DNA of 64,000 nt, taken from positions 7,192,001 to 7,256,000 of the forward strand of contig CATNEN010000029.1 in assembly GCA_950097015.1 (NCBI GenBank), read 5' to 3'. Position 1 is the stretch's first letter; each line of letters starts with the position of its first letter. Under the pieces are notes generated by a model that saw nothing but the letters and a program-made list of their open reading frames with translations, was not told the origin of the DNA and did no database searches. Made by a program: the position numbers and the translations under genes. The stretch is from Macrostomum hystrix (Eukaryota > Animalia > Platyhelminthes). Positions 9,124-21,700 of the stretch are shown piece by piece.

Positions 9124-12091
9124 ATGCTGCTCTGTCTGAGGCTGAGGGCAAGACCAACCCGTCGTTGTACAATTTTAATGATTACTTGGACCTGCGTCGC
9201 TGTCGTGTTATTATATTTTCGAGCCAACCGAGACACAAATCGTCCAATGATGGCCGATGTCAGCTTGTCAGCAGATCTGATGAATTCGTACTTCCACTGG
9301 CCTATTTTGGATGTCGTTCAACGAGCTCGCATTTTTCCAGACAGCAAGCAGTTTGTAGACATGGTGCTCAAACAACCACTTGATGAAGTAGTGAAAGATT
9401 TTCAGTTGAGAGGTCTAAACAATAAGTCCAGCAAAGATGACATTGCTAAATTTATTGAGGATAATTATTTGCCTGCTGGAAGTGATGTCAAAGCAATTGT
9501 GCCATCTGACTGGCGCCAAGATGCAGTTAACAAACTTGCTGAATCCCTGGCAAAGGAGCCAGATATGTCGGAATGGGTTCATGGCCTACATAAACTCTGG
9601 AGATCTCTGGCTAGAAGACCTATTCAAAGTGCTACTCCACATCTATCAAGTCTTGTAATTCCTTCTGGTACTGATTCTAACTGGTTCATTGTGCCTGGTG
9701 GCAGATTTAGAGAACTTTTTTATTGGGACACATACTGGACAATGCGAGGCCTAGCAGTTTCAGGCATGCACTCAACAATGCATTCAATGCTAACTACCAT
9801 GTTAGCCTTTGTTGCTCAACTTGGCTATGTACCAAATTGCAATAGAGTTTATTGCCTCAATCGCAGTCAGCCGCCTATGCTTTGCCTTATGGTTGAAGCC
9901 TATCTGAAAGCTACAGATGACCAAGTAAGTAGATTATGCTGTTAATACTTAAATCATTGTAGACTAGTAATTAAGATTAGGCCTAGCTATAATGATTAAT
10001 AGTTAGCTAGAGTATAATATCAAGTTTACTTCACATCACAGATATGAGATATTGAGATAAGCTTAGAAATTATAAATAGGTCTAGCTAACTACTTTACTA
10101 GATGGGTGTATATGAGATATATGTTTATAGGCATATAATTTGCATCATGAAATGTATTTTAGTGAGCTTTTCACAAATAGGAAATGTTCCTGTTTGTATC
10201 TTTAGGTTCTTTGATAAAATACTTTTACATATGTATATTTTTTGGCTATCTGTTTGCCATCAATTGTAATAATATAGTTGCAACTGATCCCAACTTTTTT
10301 AATCATATTTGAAATAAAAAACTTGCATTTTTCATATGCAGACTCTTTACATTTAACCAGTATAGTATAATAATCCAGTTTAGAATAAAAAACATGGGTT
10401 TAGACATTATGTTGACATAAACTTTCAAAATTCACTAGTTCTTGGCATCTCTAGCTAAAACTAGCTGTATGTAAAAATAAATTAGGATATTAATTTCGCC
10501 ATGCATGTCAGTAGAATGTTGAGTATAGAAAAACTAATTAGAAAATAATACTGTTTGTGTATTAAAACCAAAGTTTTAATTTTTTTTAAGTACAACTAAT
10601 CTCCCGACACCAACCATATTTCTCAGGAATTTCTGCGGGAAAATTTTCACCTGCTAGAACGTGAATACGACTGGTGGATGAGTGAACGCACAGCAACTGT
10701 AGTGATTGATTACAAATATTCCTACGCTCTAAATCACTATGGCACATCTGGTGAGGTTAACAAGCCCAGGCCTGAGTCCTACCGAGAGGATCTTGAAACT
10801 GCGTCCCATGCGGCTGACCCGGAGCAGGTGTATTCAGAGCTGGCGGCTGCCTGCGAGTCTGGCCAGGACTTCTCCAGCCGCTGGATGGCTGGGCCAGCCG
10901 ATCTGGCCTCTGTAGAGACCAGCCACATACTGCCGGTGGATCTTAACGCCATCCTACACAAGAATGAGCGGCTGCTGAGCGAATGGGCAGCCAAGCTGGG
11001 ACTCAAGGTGATAATTTAACATACTAGGCCTTCAATTGCTCGAAAATATCGACAAATACAATCCAAGGATCTGGGATCAAGGATCTGGGATCAAGGATCT
11101 GGGATCAAGGATCTGGGATCAAGGATCTGGGATCAAGGATCTGGGATCAAGGATCTGGGATCGGATCTGGGATCGGATCTGGGATCAAGGATCTGGGATC
11201 AAGGATCTGGGATCAAGGATCTGGGATCAAGAATCTGGGATCAAGGATCTGGGATCAAGGATCTGGGATCAAGGATCTGGGATCAAGGATCTGGGATCAA
11301 GGATCTGGGATCAAGGATCTGGGATCAAGGATCTGGGATCAAGGATCTGGGATCAAGGATCTGGGATCAAGGATCTGGGATCAAGGATCTGGGATCAAGG
11401 ATCTGGGATCAAGAATCTGGGATCAAGGATCTGGGATCAAGAATCTGGGATCAAGGATCTGGGATCAAGGATTAAAGTTAAGTGTTTTCCCCATCATTCG
11501 TGATTAAAGGCCAAGGCGCACCTATACAGCGATTCGGCCGATATGCGCTTGCAGGCGATTCGCACCGTACTGTGGAATAACACAGCCGGCTGTTGGTTCG
11601 ACTGGCATCTGGACAAGCAGGCGCCAGTCAGCCCCAGATTCTACGCCTCCAATCTGGTGCCGGTATTTACTGGCTCTGTTCACAGTCCTGAAGTTACGCT
11701 GCCCCGCCTGCTGGACTACCTGGAAAGGAGCGGCGCTCTAGCCTATCCGGCCGGCGTGCCTTTCTCCCTTAGCAACCAGTCCAAGCAGCAGTGGGATTTC
11801 CCAAATGTCTGGCCACCATATCAGCACATGCTGGCAACTGGCCTAGCCAATAGCGACAATCGGCGAGCACAGCGCCTGGCCAGGCTGACTGCCACCGGCT
11901 GGCTGCGAGCTAATCTGGCAGCCTGGCGGCGCGACGGCGGCATGCACGAGAAGGCCGACTGTCGTTCAGCTGGCGGCTCAGCCGGCACTGGCGGCGAATA
12001 CGCCAGCCAGCTGGGCTTCGGCTGGACCAACGGAGCCGTGCTGGATCTGCTGGCACAGGGCCTACTGCTGCCGACCGGAGCGCATGGCTAA
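9124..12091 (+). CDS. TREH: Trehalase (GH37), ~587 aa, join(9124..9924,10627..11007,11510..12091)
   Basis: GH37 motifs PGGRFRELFYWDTY, RSQPP, RPESYRED, ESGQDFSSRW, QQWDFPN and GGEY..Q.GFGWTNG. GT-AG introns 9925-10626 and 11008-11509, both phase 0. N-terminal hydrophobic segment. Confidence 0.95.
11064..11472. repeat. 14-bp minisatellite (GGATCTGGGATCAA)n in trehalase intron 2
   Basis: About 29 near-identical units fill most of the 502-bp intron. Confidence 0.97.
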
Positions 12092-12118
12092 TATGCGAGT
12101 ACATTAACAGTAGAAAGG

Positions 12119-12655
12119 CCATGGGGGAATTTCAAATACCCACAATTCTCATTTTTAGTATCTCCCAGAATATTCAACCAATCGCCATGAAAATCTAAAA
12201 AATAGGCTAAAATTCTCTGACCTATTCGATGAAAAAACTTCCAGAATAACAAAACGTAGGCATCGTCGAGATGTTCAACGATCGTCGGGTGTCTGGTGGC
12301 AAAAACCATAAAAATAGACAAAAATGTTCTGCTCAGAACATTTTATCATGTAATTATGTCGGCTAATTGTTGACTAAATTTTATAGATAATATTGTTAAC
12401 TTATACACCGATATGGATTCGCCAGTAGAGTTTATACAGAGAAATGTTGTTTGTTTTTGTCGCCAGGGTCTCCGACAAGAATCGCTGGATATCTCAATGA
12501 TGCTGGCTCGTACTGCTTTGAAAGTAAGTTCATCGTAAAGGGCGGAAATTATTGATTAAGATCGTGGACTTTCACTTAAATTGGTCATTTGGTTTGGACT
12601 TTGGAAGCTATTAGGCAGGAGACAGTGGATTTGAAATTCTTGTACCACCTCGTGG
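12119..12655 (+). mobile_element. ~540-bp MITE-like element just downstream of the trehalase stop
   Basis: Degenerate TIRs: left CCATGGGGGAATTTCAAATACC; right end reverse-complements to CCACGAGG...GAATTTCAAATCCAC. Internal homology to 695-920. Confidence 0.5.
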
Positions 12656-15600
12656 TCTTTCTACTGTTAAGTAAAATCTTATTTCCGACTTCCCTACAGG
12701 TCAGCCGATGCTTTGTCTGTGGCTGAAACTGTCCCAGACTTCTATATGCAGCATCGATCTATGATGAAGTACAGTATTTACGTCATTGTAAAAGACGCTC
12801 CTTTACACGTTTATAAAAAGGCCGAGCTTAGGGTCGAAGCTCGATCAGCCAATTAAGCCCTAGTTTTCCCATCAACATGTGTGAGTGTTGCGAGAAGTTT
12901 TTTTCTACGGAGTTTAGCTATACTATTTAGTCTGATAGTCTGTCTAGTTAGCAAAATAATTGTGTTAGCCAAACTTTTTCTCAATTCCAGCGCATTGTTC
13001 AGCTTTGTTAACATCCTAATTTGACTTGAATCCTGCATCTTCCTTTTCTAAATGTATTTTATAATTTATATTTTACTCCTGGTTTAGCAGTGATCAGATA
13101 AATTAGCTCTAGATATATTCGTTCGCCTAAATTCTTTAATATCTATATTTTAAAAAATGAGACATACTTCGTGGATGACACTCTGTGCATAACTTGAATC
13201 AGCGGCAAATATTTGCCGGCTACTGAGGTGCAAAACTAGATTTGTTTTGAATTTTTGTTTGTTATATGTTTAATATAATTAACTATGTATTTTACATAAC
13301 CAAAAAAATGTAATCTAAAACATTCATAACTTATTTGAGTATTTTATGTTCCGCCCTGCTCTACGTCATTCTAATTCCATTATGCTCAACGCTTGTTTGT
13401 TTATTCTGCTAGATGTGGTAATTATTGTTCCTTGAAAAGATAACCAAGCTGTAGGCATGTTGATTAGATTAGATTTTATTATAACTAGTATCTGTCAAAT
13501 ATAACAGGACACAGTACGGAGTGCACAGATTATCGATCGAAGCGTTTCCTTAATACTCTTAGATTTTTGCCCAGCAATTCTGTAACTTTTAGTATACAAA
13601 AAACAATGTTCCTCATGAATGATTACATACAAAAATATAAAAATACTAGGATCAACGCTCTAGTCCTGACTTAATTTCTACTTTTCCTATTAACACGTGT
13701 TTAAAATAAAAACCATACCTCGACTTCCTTGTGGTTTTGAATTGAAACAAACTAAATGAAGTCTTTTGGATTTAGATAAACAAAATGAACAAAACTGTGC
13801 TTGTGCGCCGTAACAATATAACATAGGGCGAAAGAAAATGTACTGGTAGGATGAACTTTTAAGCTCGTCGCAAAAAAGTCTATTGACTATAAAAATGTCG
13901 TTTAAGCGTTTGCGTTTCATTTTGCATTTTCTCGCGAAGCAGGGTTTAATAAAGTGCATTGTTTGCTAAATAAAGCCTTAATATCGCAGACTAAACAAAC
14001 AAACAAACAGGTGCCTTAATCCAAAAACATTGTGGACAACAGATTGAGACGTTGAAGACCTGGCTGGTTTTAAGGATAGACTGAGAACACGGGCAACTAA
14101 AATAAGAAATAAATTGCCGCAATTGAAAGTTTAAAATTAGAAAAGATTCTATACACGCATGCGATTCCCCTACAGATATGTAAACTGAAGAAATCTAAAA
14201 TGACACAGGACACGCAAAAGCAATGACTGCTCTGGTCCAATGAGTAAGCTTGGGTTATAAAAAAGGTTTGCATTTCAAAAAAGTCTGCGTAAAAAATCTG
14301 ATTAAAATTGATAAACAAAGCATCAAAAATCATATATCAAAATCAAATATACGTATTAGCATATTCTTGATTTCGCACATGAGCAAGTGAAGTTAGTAAT
14401 TTAACTACGAGTAAAAATATAAACAAAGACTCGTAAGACTTCGTAAGATTAAGACTCGTACAAAGCAAAGGTAAAAATTAAAAGAGACGTTAAATAAAGT
14501 GCCAATGTGCCGCTCGTCAGTGCTTCATAAACGACAGCTTCTATAGAGATAGGAAAATTACCGAATGAACAAACACTGCTGTGACTGCTGTCAGTGTTAA
14601 ACCGTTAATAAACAGATTCTGCTGGTGCGGACACAATAAAACAAATGAGAAGGCAAAAACATGTCTGCATAGTAGGTAAATTTCGCACAAGCACTCGCAT
14701 TATAGCACTTAATGCAACTGTAATCAGGCCGTCTATAATTAATCCAAGGGGTTAAAATAGCTAGTCCTATATACTAATCCTTTAAGTGGCATGGTGTTTG
14801 TAGGGATCAAGATTACCTAGTCCGAAAAAAGCCCGTTTTAAACTGAAAAAGAGGTGATATATTGGAGGAGTTAAGTAAGCTATTTCTGTAGCATAGAGCA
14901 GGTAGATATATTTACAATCGATATAATAAATTAGTGCTTGAACTTCGTTAGAATTTGATATGTCGTGGACCTGCATATGTTTACATGAAAACTTTATTAC
15001 GTAGATAAAAATGTAAAAAAAGCAGTTTGGACACTGTAACGGCTATAGCCGATGCGACCTATGAATAAAGACTCGGACAAATGGAATGAAATCCGATAAT
15101 AAAAGATTTATAGCTAACCAAAGCAGTAATACAGTGCTTAGCATAAACGAAGAGAAGCTACCAGAATACGTAAACATTATGGTCAAAGTTGAATTATTGA
15201 GCAGTGGTAGTAACAATAGTGATAATATCCGTAAATGTTTACTATGGCGTTTATACGCCAGCGAGTTATTATGAAGAACAAAAAGCTCACAGCTTAGATC
15301 TATACAACTAATAGACACAACTCCGTATTTAAGTAAAAAAACGTCTGAAAGAAGATTGATTGATGTTTAAAAGTTTGCGTTAAAATGTGAATATGGATAT
15401 AAAATTTGCCTGCTTAGACGAAAAGGCCAAATTGATACATAGCTAAAACATAATGTATTGTTTAGCTTTATAAGAATTAGTCTTGAAAACAGCTGCATGT
15501 GACAATATAATATGAAACGGCATGATAAATTTATTTAAGTTGCTGTCCTTTTTTGTTGTCCCACTAGATCACAAAGCATTTTTACTGTACAAAGCTTTCT

Positions 15601-15736
15601 GTAGATTTGAAGTTTTACTCAGTTGCTTCAAACACAAAAGAGTGAAATACAAAACAAATATTCACAGCACAAACACAAACATTTGCACATTACACTACTG
15701 TCGTGAGTAGAAGCACAAAATATAGAAAAAAGCAAG

Positions 15737-18700
15737 CTAAGCAGGCAAAGAAGGCCGACTACCCCCGCGCCGCCTCTCGTTAGTCGGGAAGCCGCAGTAG
15801 GACAGCGAGCTGACACCCATGCTGGGATAGCCGCCGGCGCTGACGCCGCTGATGTTGGCACCGCCACCGCGCACTGGATCAACGTCATAGATCAAAGTTC
15901 CGCTGCCTCCTCCGACACCGCCGAGTCCCGACGGCCAGCCCAGAGTGGACTCGGGACGCCGAGGCGAGGTGGCGGTATTGGAATAGGCCGAGTAGCGATC
16001 AACCGATGACGAACAGTCGCGAATCTCTTCGTAGACAGGCGTGGCAGCAGCTGCAGCTGCCGCCGCCTGCTGCTGCTGCTTCTGTTGATGCAGCTGACCA
16101 GTGCCAGTGGCCGGCACACCGATGAAGCTGCGACTCTGAGACAAGGAGAATTGAGCAAACGGTCGTCCATCTGGCAGTTGATCGCAGGTGAGCTTGCCGC
16201 CGATGCCTCCGCCACCCACGCCGACACCGACACCGCCGTGAGCGTCTATATCGCCACCGAGGTCGCCGCCAATATCGGCGCCAACTGCGGCTCGCTCCTC
16301 GGCGTCCTCGTAGGTGATGCCGCCAATCTTGCAGGGAAAATACCAAGGAAAATTTTATTTACAACGTGTTCATTTAATGTAGTAGGCCTGTTTAATATAA
16401 TAAATACAGAATAATTTTCGTTGTTTTAATACGCAAAATACACTTAAGTATCGTTTGTTTTTTACTAGGCAAAGTATTTATTTATGTAATGAGTTCTAAT
16501 CTATATATATAAAAGTGAAAACTCTGTCTGTGTGTGTGTGTGTCTGTCTGTGTGTGTGCAACCTTTTGTCTTTATAGACGCCGAAACCGCTCAACCAAAT
16601 CGCACCAAACTTTGCACATACCTAAAACCACCTACGCTGAGTGCAATAGGCTACTCAAATTCCCGAAAAATCATTTCCTTCCTGCTCAAAAGTGCAAAAA
16701 ACTGCTCAAAAATCGTAAAAAAATCACTCAATTCGACATATCGTCGCCCCACTTTGTCAGATTTTCTCCAAATTTGATCCACTTACACTTTACATGTTTT
16801 CCAACAATGCTATCAATTTTGAACATTTCTACTCAATCCAGAGCAAAGCTGCATCATCTCAAAGTGAGTCACTTTTTGTTTTCCGAGGACAGCCACCCCA
16901 ACTCCCCTCCGCCACTCTGCGGGCCAAATTTTATTACAGCCACCCCCTCCCTTCCCCGGGCGCCGAAGCCCCAGACTGTACATTGTATTTCAAGCCGTGA
17001 ATGTACACAGCCCAAACCCCTAGACTGTCTACTGGCCCCCAAGCAGCACTGAGACTGAGTGCGGTGAGTGCGGTGGCGTCCCAGTGCGCAGGGCTCTCCG
17101 GTTGATATTTCTCTCCAGCCAGCCTGGGATAGAAGAAAGAGAGAGGCTGGCGTTGACTGGCTGTCAGAGAGGGCAATTCTGTGTCCTAGAAATGATGCCG
17201 CCAACGAAATTAACTACCAACTCCTTCAGGAGTTGCCAGGTGCAGTTTTCACCTACAAGTCAATTGATACAACGTTGACTGATGACACCGCTGTGGAGTA
17301 TCCTGTTGAGTTTCTGAACTCTCTAGATCCTCCTGGAACTCCATCGCACAACTTGCAGCTGAAAGTTGGGGCACCAATTATGCTCCTCCGCAACCTGAAT
17401 GCGCCAAGGCTGTGTAACGGCACCAGACTGATAGTCAGGCGGCTCTTCCCACACGTGATTGAGGCCACGATAATGACTGGATCTGGCAGAGGAGAGTCTG
17501 TGTTCGTTCCCAGGATTCCAATTATCCCCACGGACCTGCCATTTCAGTTCAAGCGACTGCAGTTCCCTGTGAGAGTGTGCTTTGCGATGACTATTAACAA
17601 GGCTCAGGGACAGTCGCTGAAGGTGGCTGGCATCAACCTGGAGACTCCTTGCTTCTCGCATGGGCAGCTTTATGTCGCCTGCTCCCGTGTTGGAACTCCA
17701 GCTGGCCTATTCATTTTCGCACCAAGGGGAAGAACGAAGAATGTGGTGTATCCCCAGGCCTTGAGGTGACTCGCAAGCAATTAATAGAAAAGTAGTCACG
17801 AATTGACCTTGACCTGTCTAACTCTGAACTCTGAAACAGTTTAATTTTGTTTCTTTGACATTGTTATTGTTATGTCATGGCTATTTTCCTTATGTATACG
17901 CGTGTACATGCATACTGTATACAGAGGCAGATTTAGGGGGGGCGGGGGGGCAGTCGCCCCCCTAAATTTTAATCATGGGAATAAGATGCCCCCACCAGGG
18001 GCGCCAGTCGCAGCACTGGCGCCCCTTTTCGGCCGCTGGCGCCCCTTTTTCAGCCGCTGGCTCCCGTTTTTCAGCCGCTGGCGCCCTTTCTTGGCTCCTG
18101 GCGCCCTTTTTCGGCCGCTGGCACCCACTCTGTGTTTCTCATGGCGCTCCCCTGACAGACCGCCCCAAAACAAAATTCCTGGATCTGCCACTGACTGTAT
18201 AGAGGAGTGGCTAAGAGACATGTTTCTAAAGAAGTAATCAAGAGGGGGCTGTTTGGACAAACTTTTCACTTATTTTTTACTTAAAACACCCTTAAACAAA
18301 CTCTTCACTTTTCATTAATGCAGTAAATGAATATATGGTGACCTTCACTATAAAGTTAATACAGAGACGTGAATTGCTTACTGCTTTGCTTTAAATTTCT
18401 GCCCCAGAAACAACGGGCAAAAAAAAGCTAGTACGCGAAATAAGTATAAAACTAAACCTGCACAAATGAATCTAAATACAAGCAAAGTTTTTGAAGGAAA
18501 AGCAACCCCCTTGTCCGCATTCAGCTTATACAACTTATGTTGCTAGGATTTTACTATACTACTTCTGAATGGATACAAGCTTTAATGATGGCATAATCTG
18601 CGCAGGTTGGCTTATTGCATGAGTCAAGCCAAACAGCTGCAGTACAGTCTAACAGTGGGCATCCTCCTCCACTCCTCTGATCTACAAATCTTAACGCTGA

Positions 18701-21700
18701 GCAGCTGCGCTATCATTGATTAGCTGCTCTTATTTGTGCTCTTCAGCTATAAAGAGAGAGGAAAATCAACATACAAGATTGTAGGCAATCGAATTGCTGC
18801 GGAATTAAACAAAAATATGGAGTCGCATCTGCGAGGTGCACACGGGCACATACACACACACACACACACAAGTCACAGGGAAGCCAGTCAAATTTGCAGC
18901 CACCTGGAAAGAGAGAAGCGAGAAGAAATATAGATGAATATTTAAAAACTGTTTATAGATTTCTATTACTAATAAATGTGTCGCAGTAGATAGAACTGTT
19001 CCACACAGTTCAGGAAAGAGAGGCAGAATTATTTTTTAGTCATCGCGAAGCAAAGTTTGCAATTAGGATAGGACTTTCACTTAAGACAGAAATGCCAGCA
19101 TCGGCATTCCCATGCAATTTCCTTTAGCAAATCATTGACTTTATTATGACTCATACGAACTTTAAGCAGACAGTTTTGCACCGTGTTACTTGCGCTCCTC
19201 AAAATATAGAATTTGAAAATTTGTCCTAATTATTGAATTAATAAATATGGATTTAAAACATTTGCTGAAATTTCTTATCTTTGAAGAACATGCATTACAT
19301 CATCAAGCAGCTGTGGTTTTTTAAAACGAATCTATTCAAACAGAAATTTCACAAACAATTCCTATGCCTGCCTGGGAGTTATGCAATCTGCACAACTGAC
19401 GCGAAATTTGACGTCTCTTTTCTGAAAAAATGCGAACTACCGAGAATATGTTATATAATATATTATAATTTGAATGCTAAAACTATTTATAATAAGTCAG
19501 AAAAACTCGCTTTGTAAATTTAGTTAATTCTAGCGATATTTAGGCATGAAGGGTGTTGTTAAGGGGGCAGTCTCACCAAGTCCAAAGTAACGGTTGAGGG
19601 TGGGATTAGTTAATCCTATTTACTTTATATAGTCCATGCTATATACCAACAAAGGATTTAGTAGGGCGGCAGGATTAGCTAGTCTTGTATACTAAAATCT
19701 AAATCACTCAAGGCTTCTCACCTGAGAGGTCTTGACATGATAAGGAAAACACGGATTGCCAATGGCCGGCCAAGCCAGCAGCAGGAAGCACAGGTGGGCG
19801 GCTAGCAGCAGCGCCAGGTCGATGATGGCACCGACACGGGCCCGCATAAAGGCCGGTACCCAGGCAGCGCAGACGGCCGCCCCGGCTGGCAGGCAGAGCT
19901 GCCAGACGCCGTACACAGCCAGCAGGGGCGCGTAGAACGCCCGCTTGGCCCGGTGCCTGGCCAGGGTGCGACCGGCGCAGCTGGCGAAGGCCAGACAAGC
20001 GGCCAGTTGCAGGCCGATAAGACAGTAGCCGGGCAGGCTGGACCAGCGCCAATAGACCAGGCCCGGGTCAGCGGAGACGGCTTCCACAGCGAATAGGGCG
20101 GCATGCCCGGCGGCTAGGGCAGTCAGGAGCGCGGAGGTGAGCGCGGTAGCCCAGGCTGGCAGGCGGCCGCAGGTCACAGAGTAGCCGAGGCTTAGAAGTA
20201 GCACCAGCAGCTGCTGGGCGAGGGTCCCGCCAGACTGCAGGGCGGCGGCTGAACGGAAACAGTTTTTTTTGCTTTTTATTGAGGACAAATAAAAGACAAT
20301 GAAATTCAAGAGCTAAAAAATCATTCAAAATTAAATGCATTTCAATCTAAGAAAGAATCGGAAAAACATTTCTGTAACATATTATAGAGATCTAGAGATA
20401 TAGGGATTTTTTACAGAAGCTATCCCATATTTATAAAAACACCAACATCCTAACCGTCGCAAGAACAGCGGTATAAATCACATCCGTTAATAAGGTGAGG
20501 ATTACGATCAGAAAGCTTGGACAATCTTTTCCTGGGTACGAATCTGAATAAGGTTAGATAATCCTGGATTTTGTGAACATCGTTTACTTGTACAGAAAAG
20601 GAATTGTCAGATTCTTAACAGAACGCACAAGTAATCAAGGATGAAGGGTTGAAGCAAATGAAAAAGAAAAGGCATAAGAGGTCATAAAAACAAAACTAGG
20701 ACAATTATATCCCCCAACAGTGACCTGACAAAACAAGGTGACGCAGTCTTCTGGTCTAAAAGCATAACAATTAACACCAAAGCACACAGGAAGCTTTGAA
20801 TATATCTATACAAACAAGTACAGATAGCTACTTACACAAGTAGTATAATCCGACCGATTTAACACCGGTGGTGCCGTAGTTCAAGTAGGTAACGCAGCAG
20901 AGAAACGTAGACAGTAGGGTAAGGCTGAGCGATAGCATGTAGATCTTATAGGTGCTGTGCAGTAGCTGTTTTCTGCGCAGACAAACTAGCGAGGAATGAA
21001 GATAGTAGGAACACCCAATTACTTAGTAACCCATTTATGGATATCGTTATTATTGCAAGCGCATCACTTACCAGCAACCAAGATAGCCAGTATTAGCAGG
21101 AAAAGTTGCATAATAAAAAACGCTATGTTAAATTCTAGAATATCTGAAAATGAAAAATACGTAAGAAGTGTTTCAATTCGTAGGTATCTCATTGTAAGTT
21201 AATTGAGAGTGTGCATGTAGGTGGAGTGCCAGATGAGGAGGTGGAGTGCCAGATGAGGAGGTGGAGTGCCAGATGAGGAGGTGGAGTGCCAGAAGAGGAG
21301 GTGGAGTGCCAGAAGAGGAGGTGGAGTGCCAGAAGAGGAGGTGGAGTGCCAGGAGAGGAGCTGGAGTGCCAGATGAGGAGGTGGAGTGCCAGAAGAGGAG
21401 GTGGAGTGCCAGAAGAGGAGGTGGAGTGCCAGAAGAGGAGGTGGAGTGCCAGAAGTGGAGGTGGAGTGCCAGGAGAGGAGCTGGAGTGCCAGATGAGGAG
21501 GTGGAGTGCCAGAAGAGGAGGTGGAGTGCCAGATGAGGAGGTGGAGTGCCAGAAGAGGAGGTGGAGTGCCAGAAGAGGAGGTGGAGTGCCAGAAGAGGAG
21601 GTGGAGTGCCAGAAGAGGAGCTGGAGTGCCAGGAGAGGAGGTGGAGTGCCAGGAGAGGAGGTGGAGTGCCCGAAAAGGAGGTGGAGTGCCAGGAAAGGAA

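Larger units (their letters stand above)
16500..18431 (+). mobile_element. Internally deleted Helitron in TMEM145 intron 8 (antisense to host)
   Basis: Starts A|TCTATATATATAAAA and ends GCCCC...CGGGC...CTAG|T, i.e. inserted between A and T with no TSD. Carries the PIF1-like helicase C-terminus. Confidence 0.88.
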
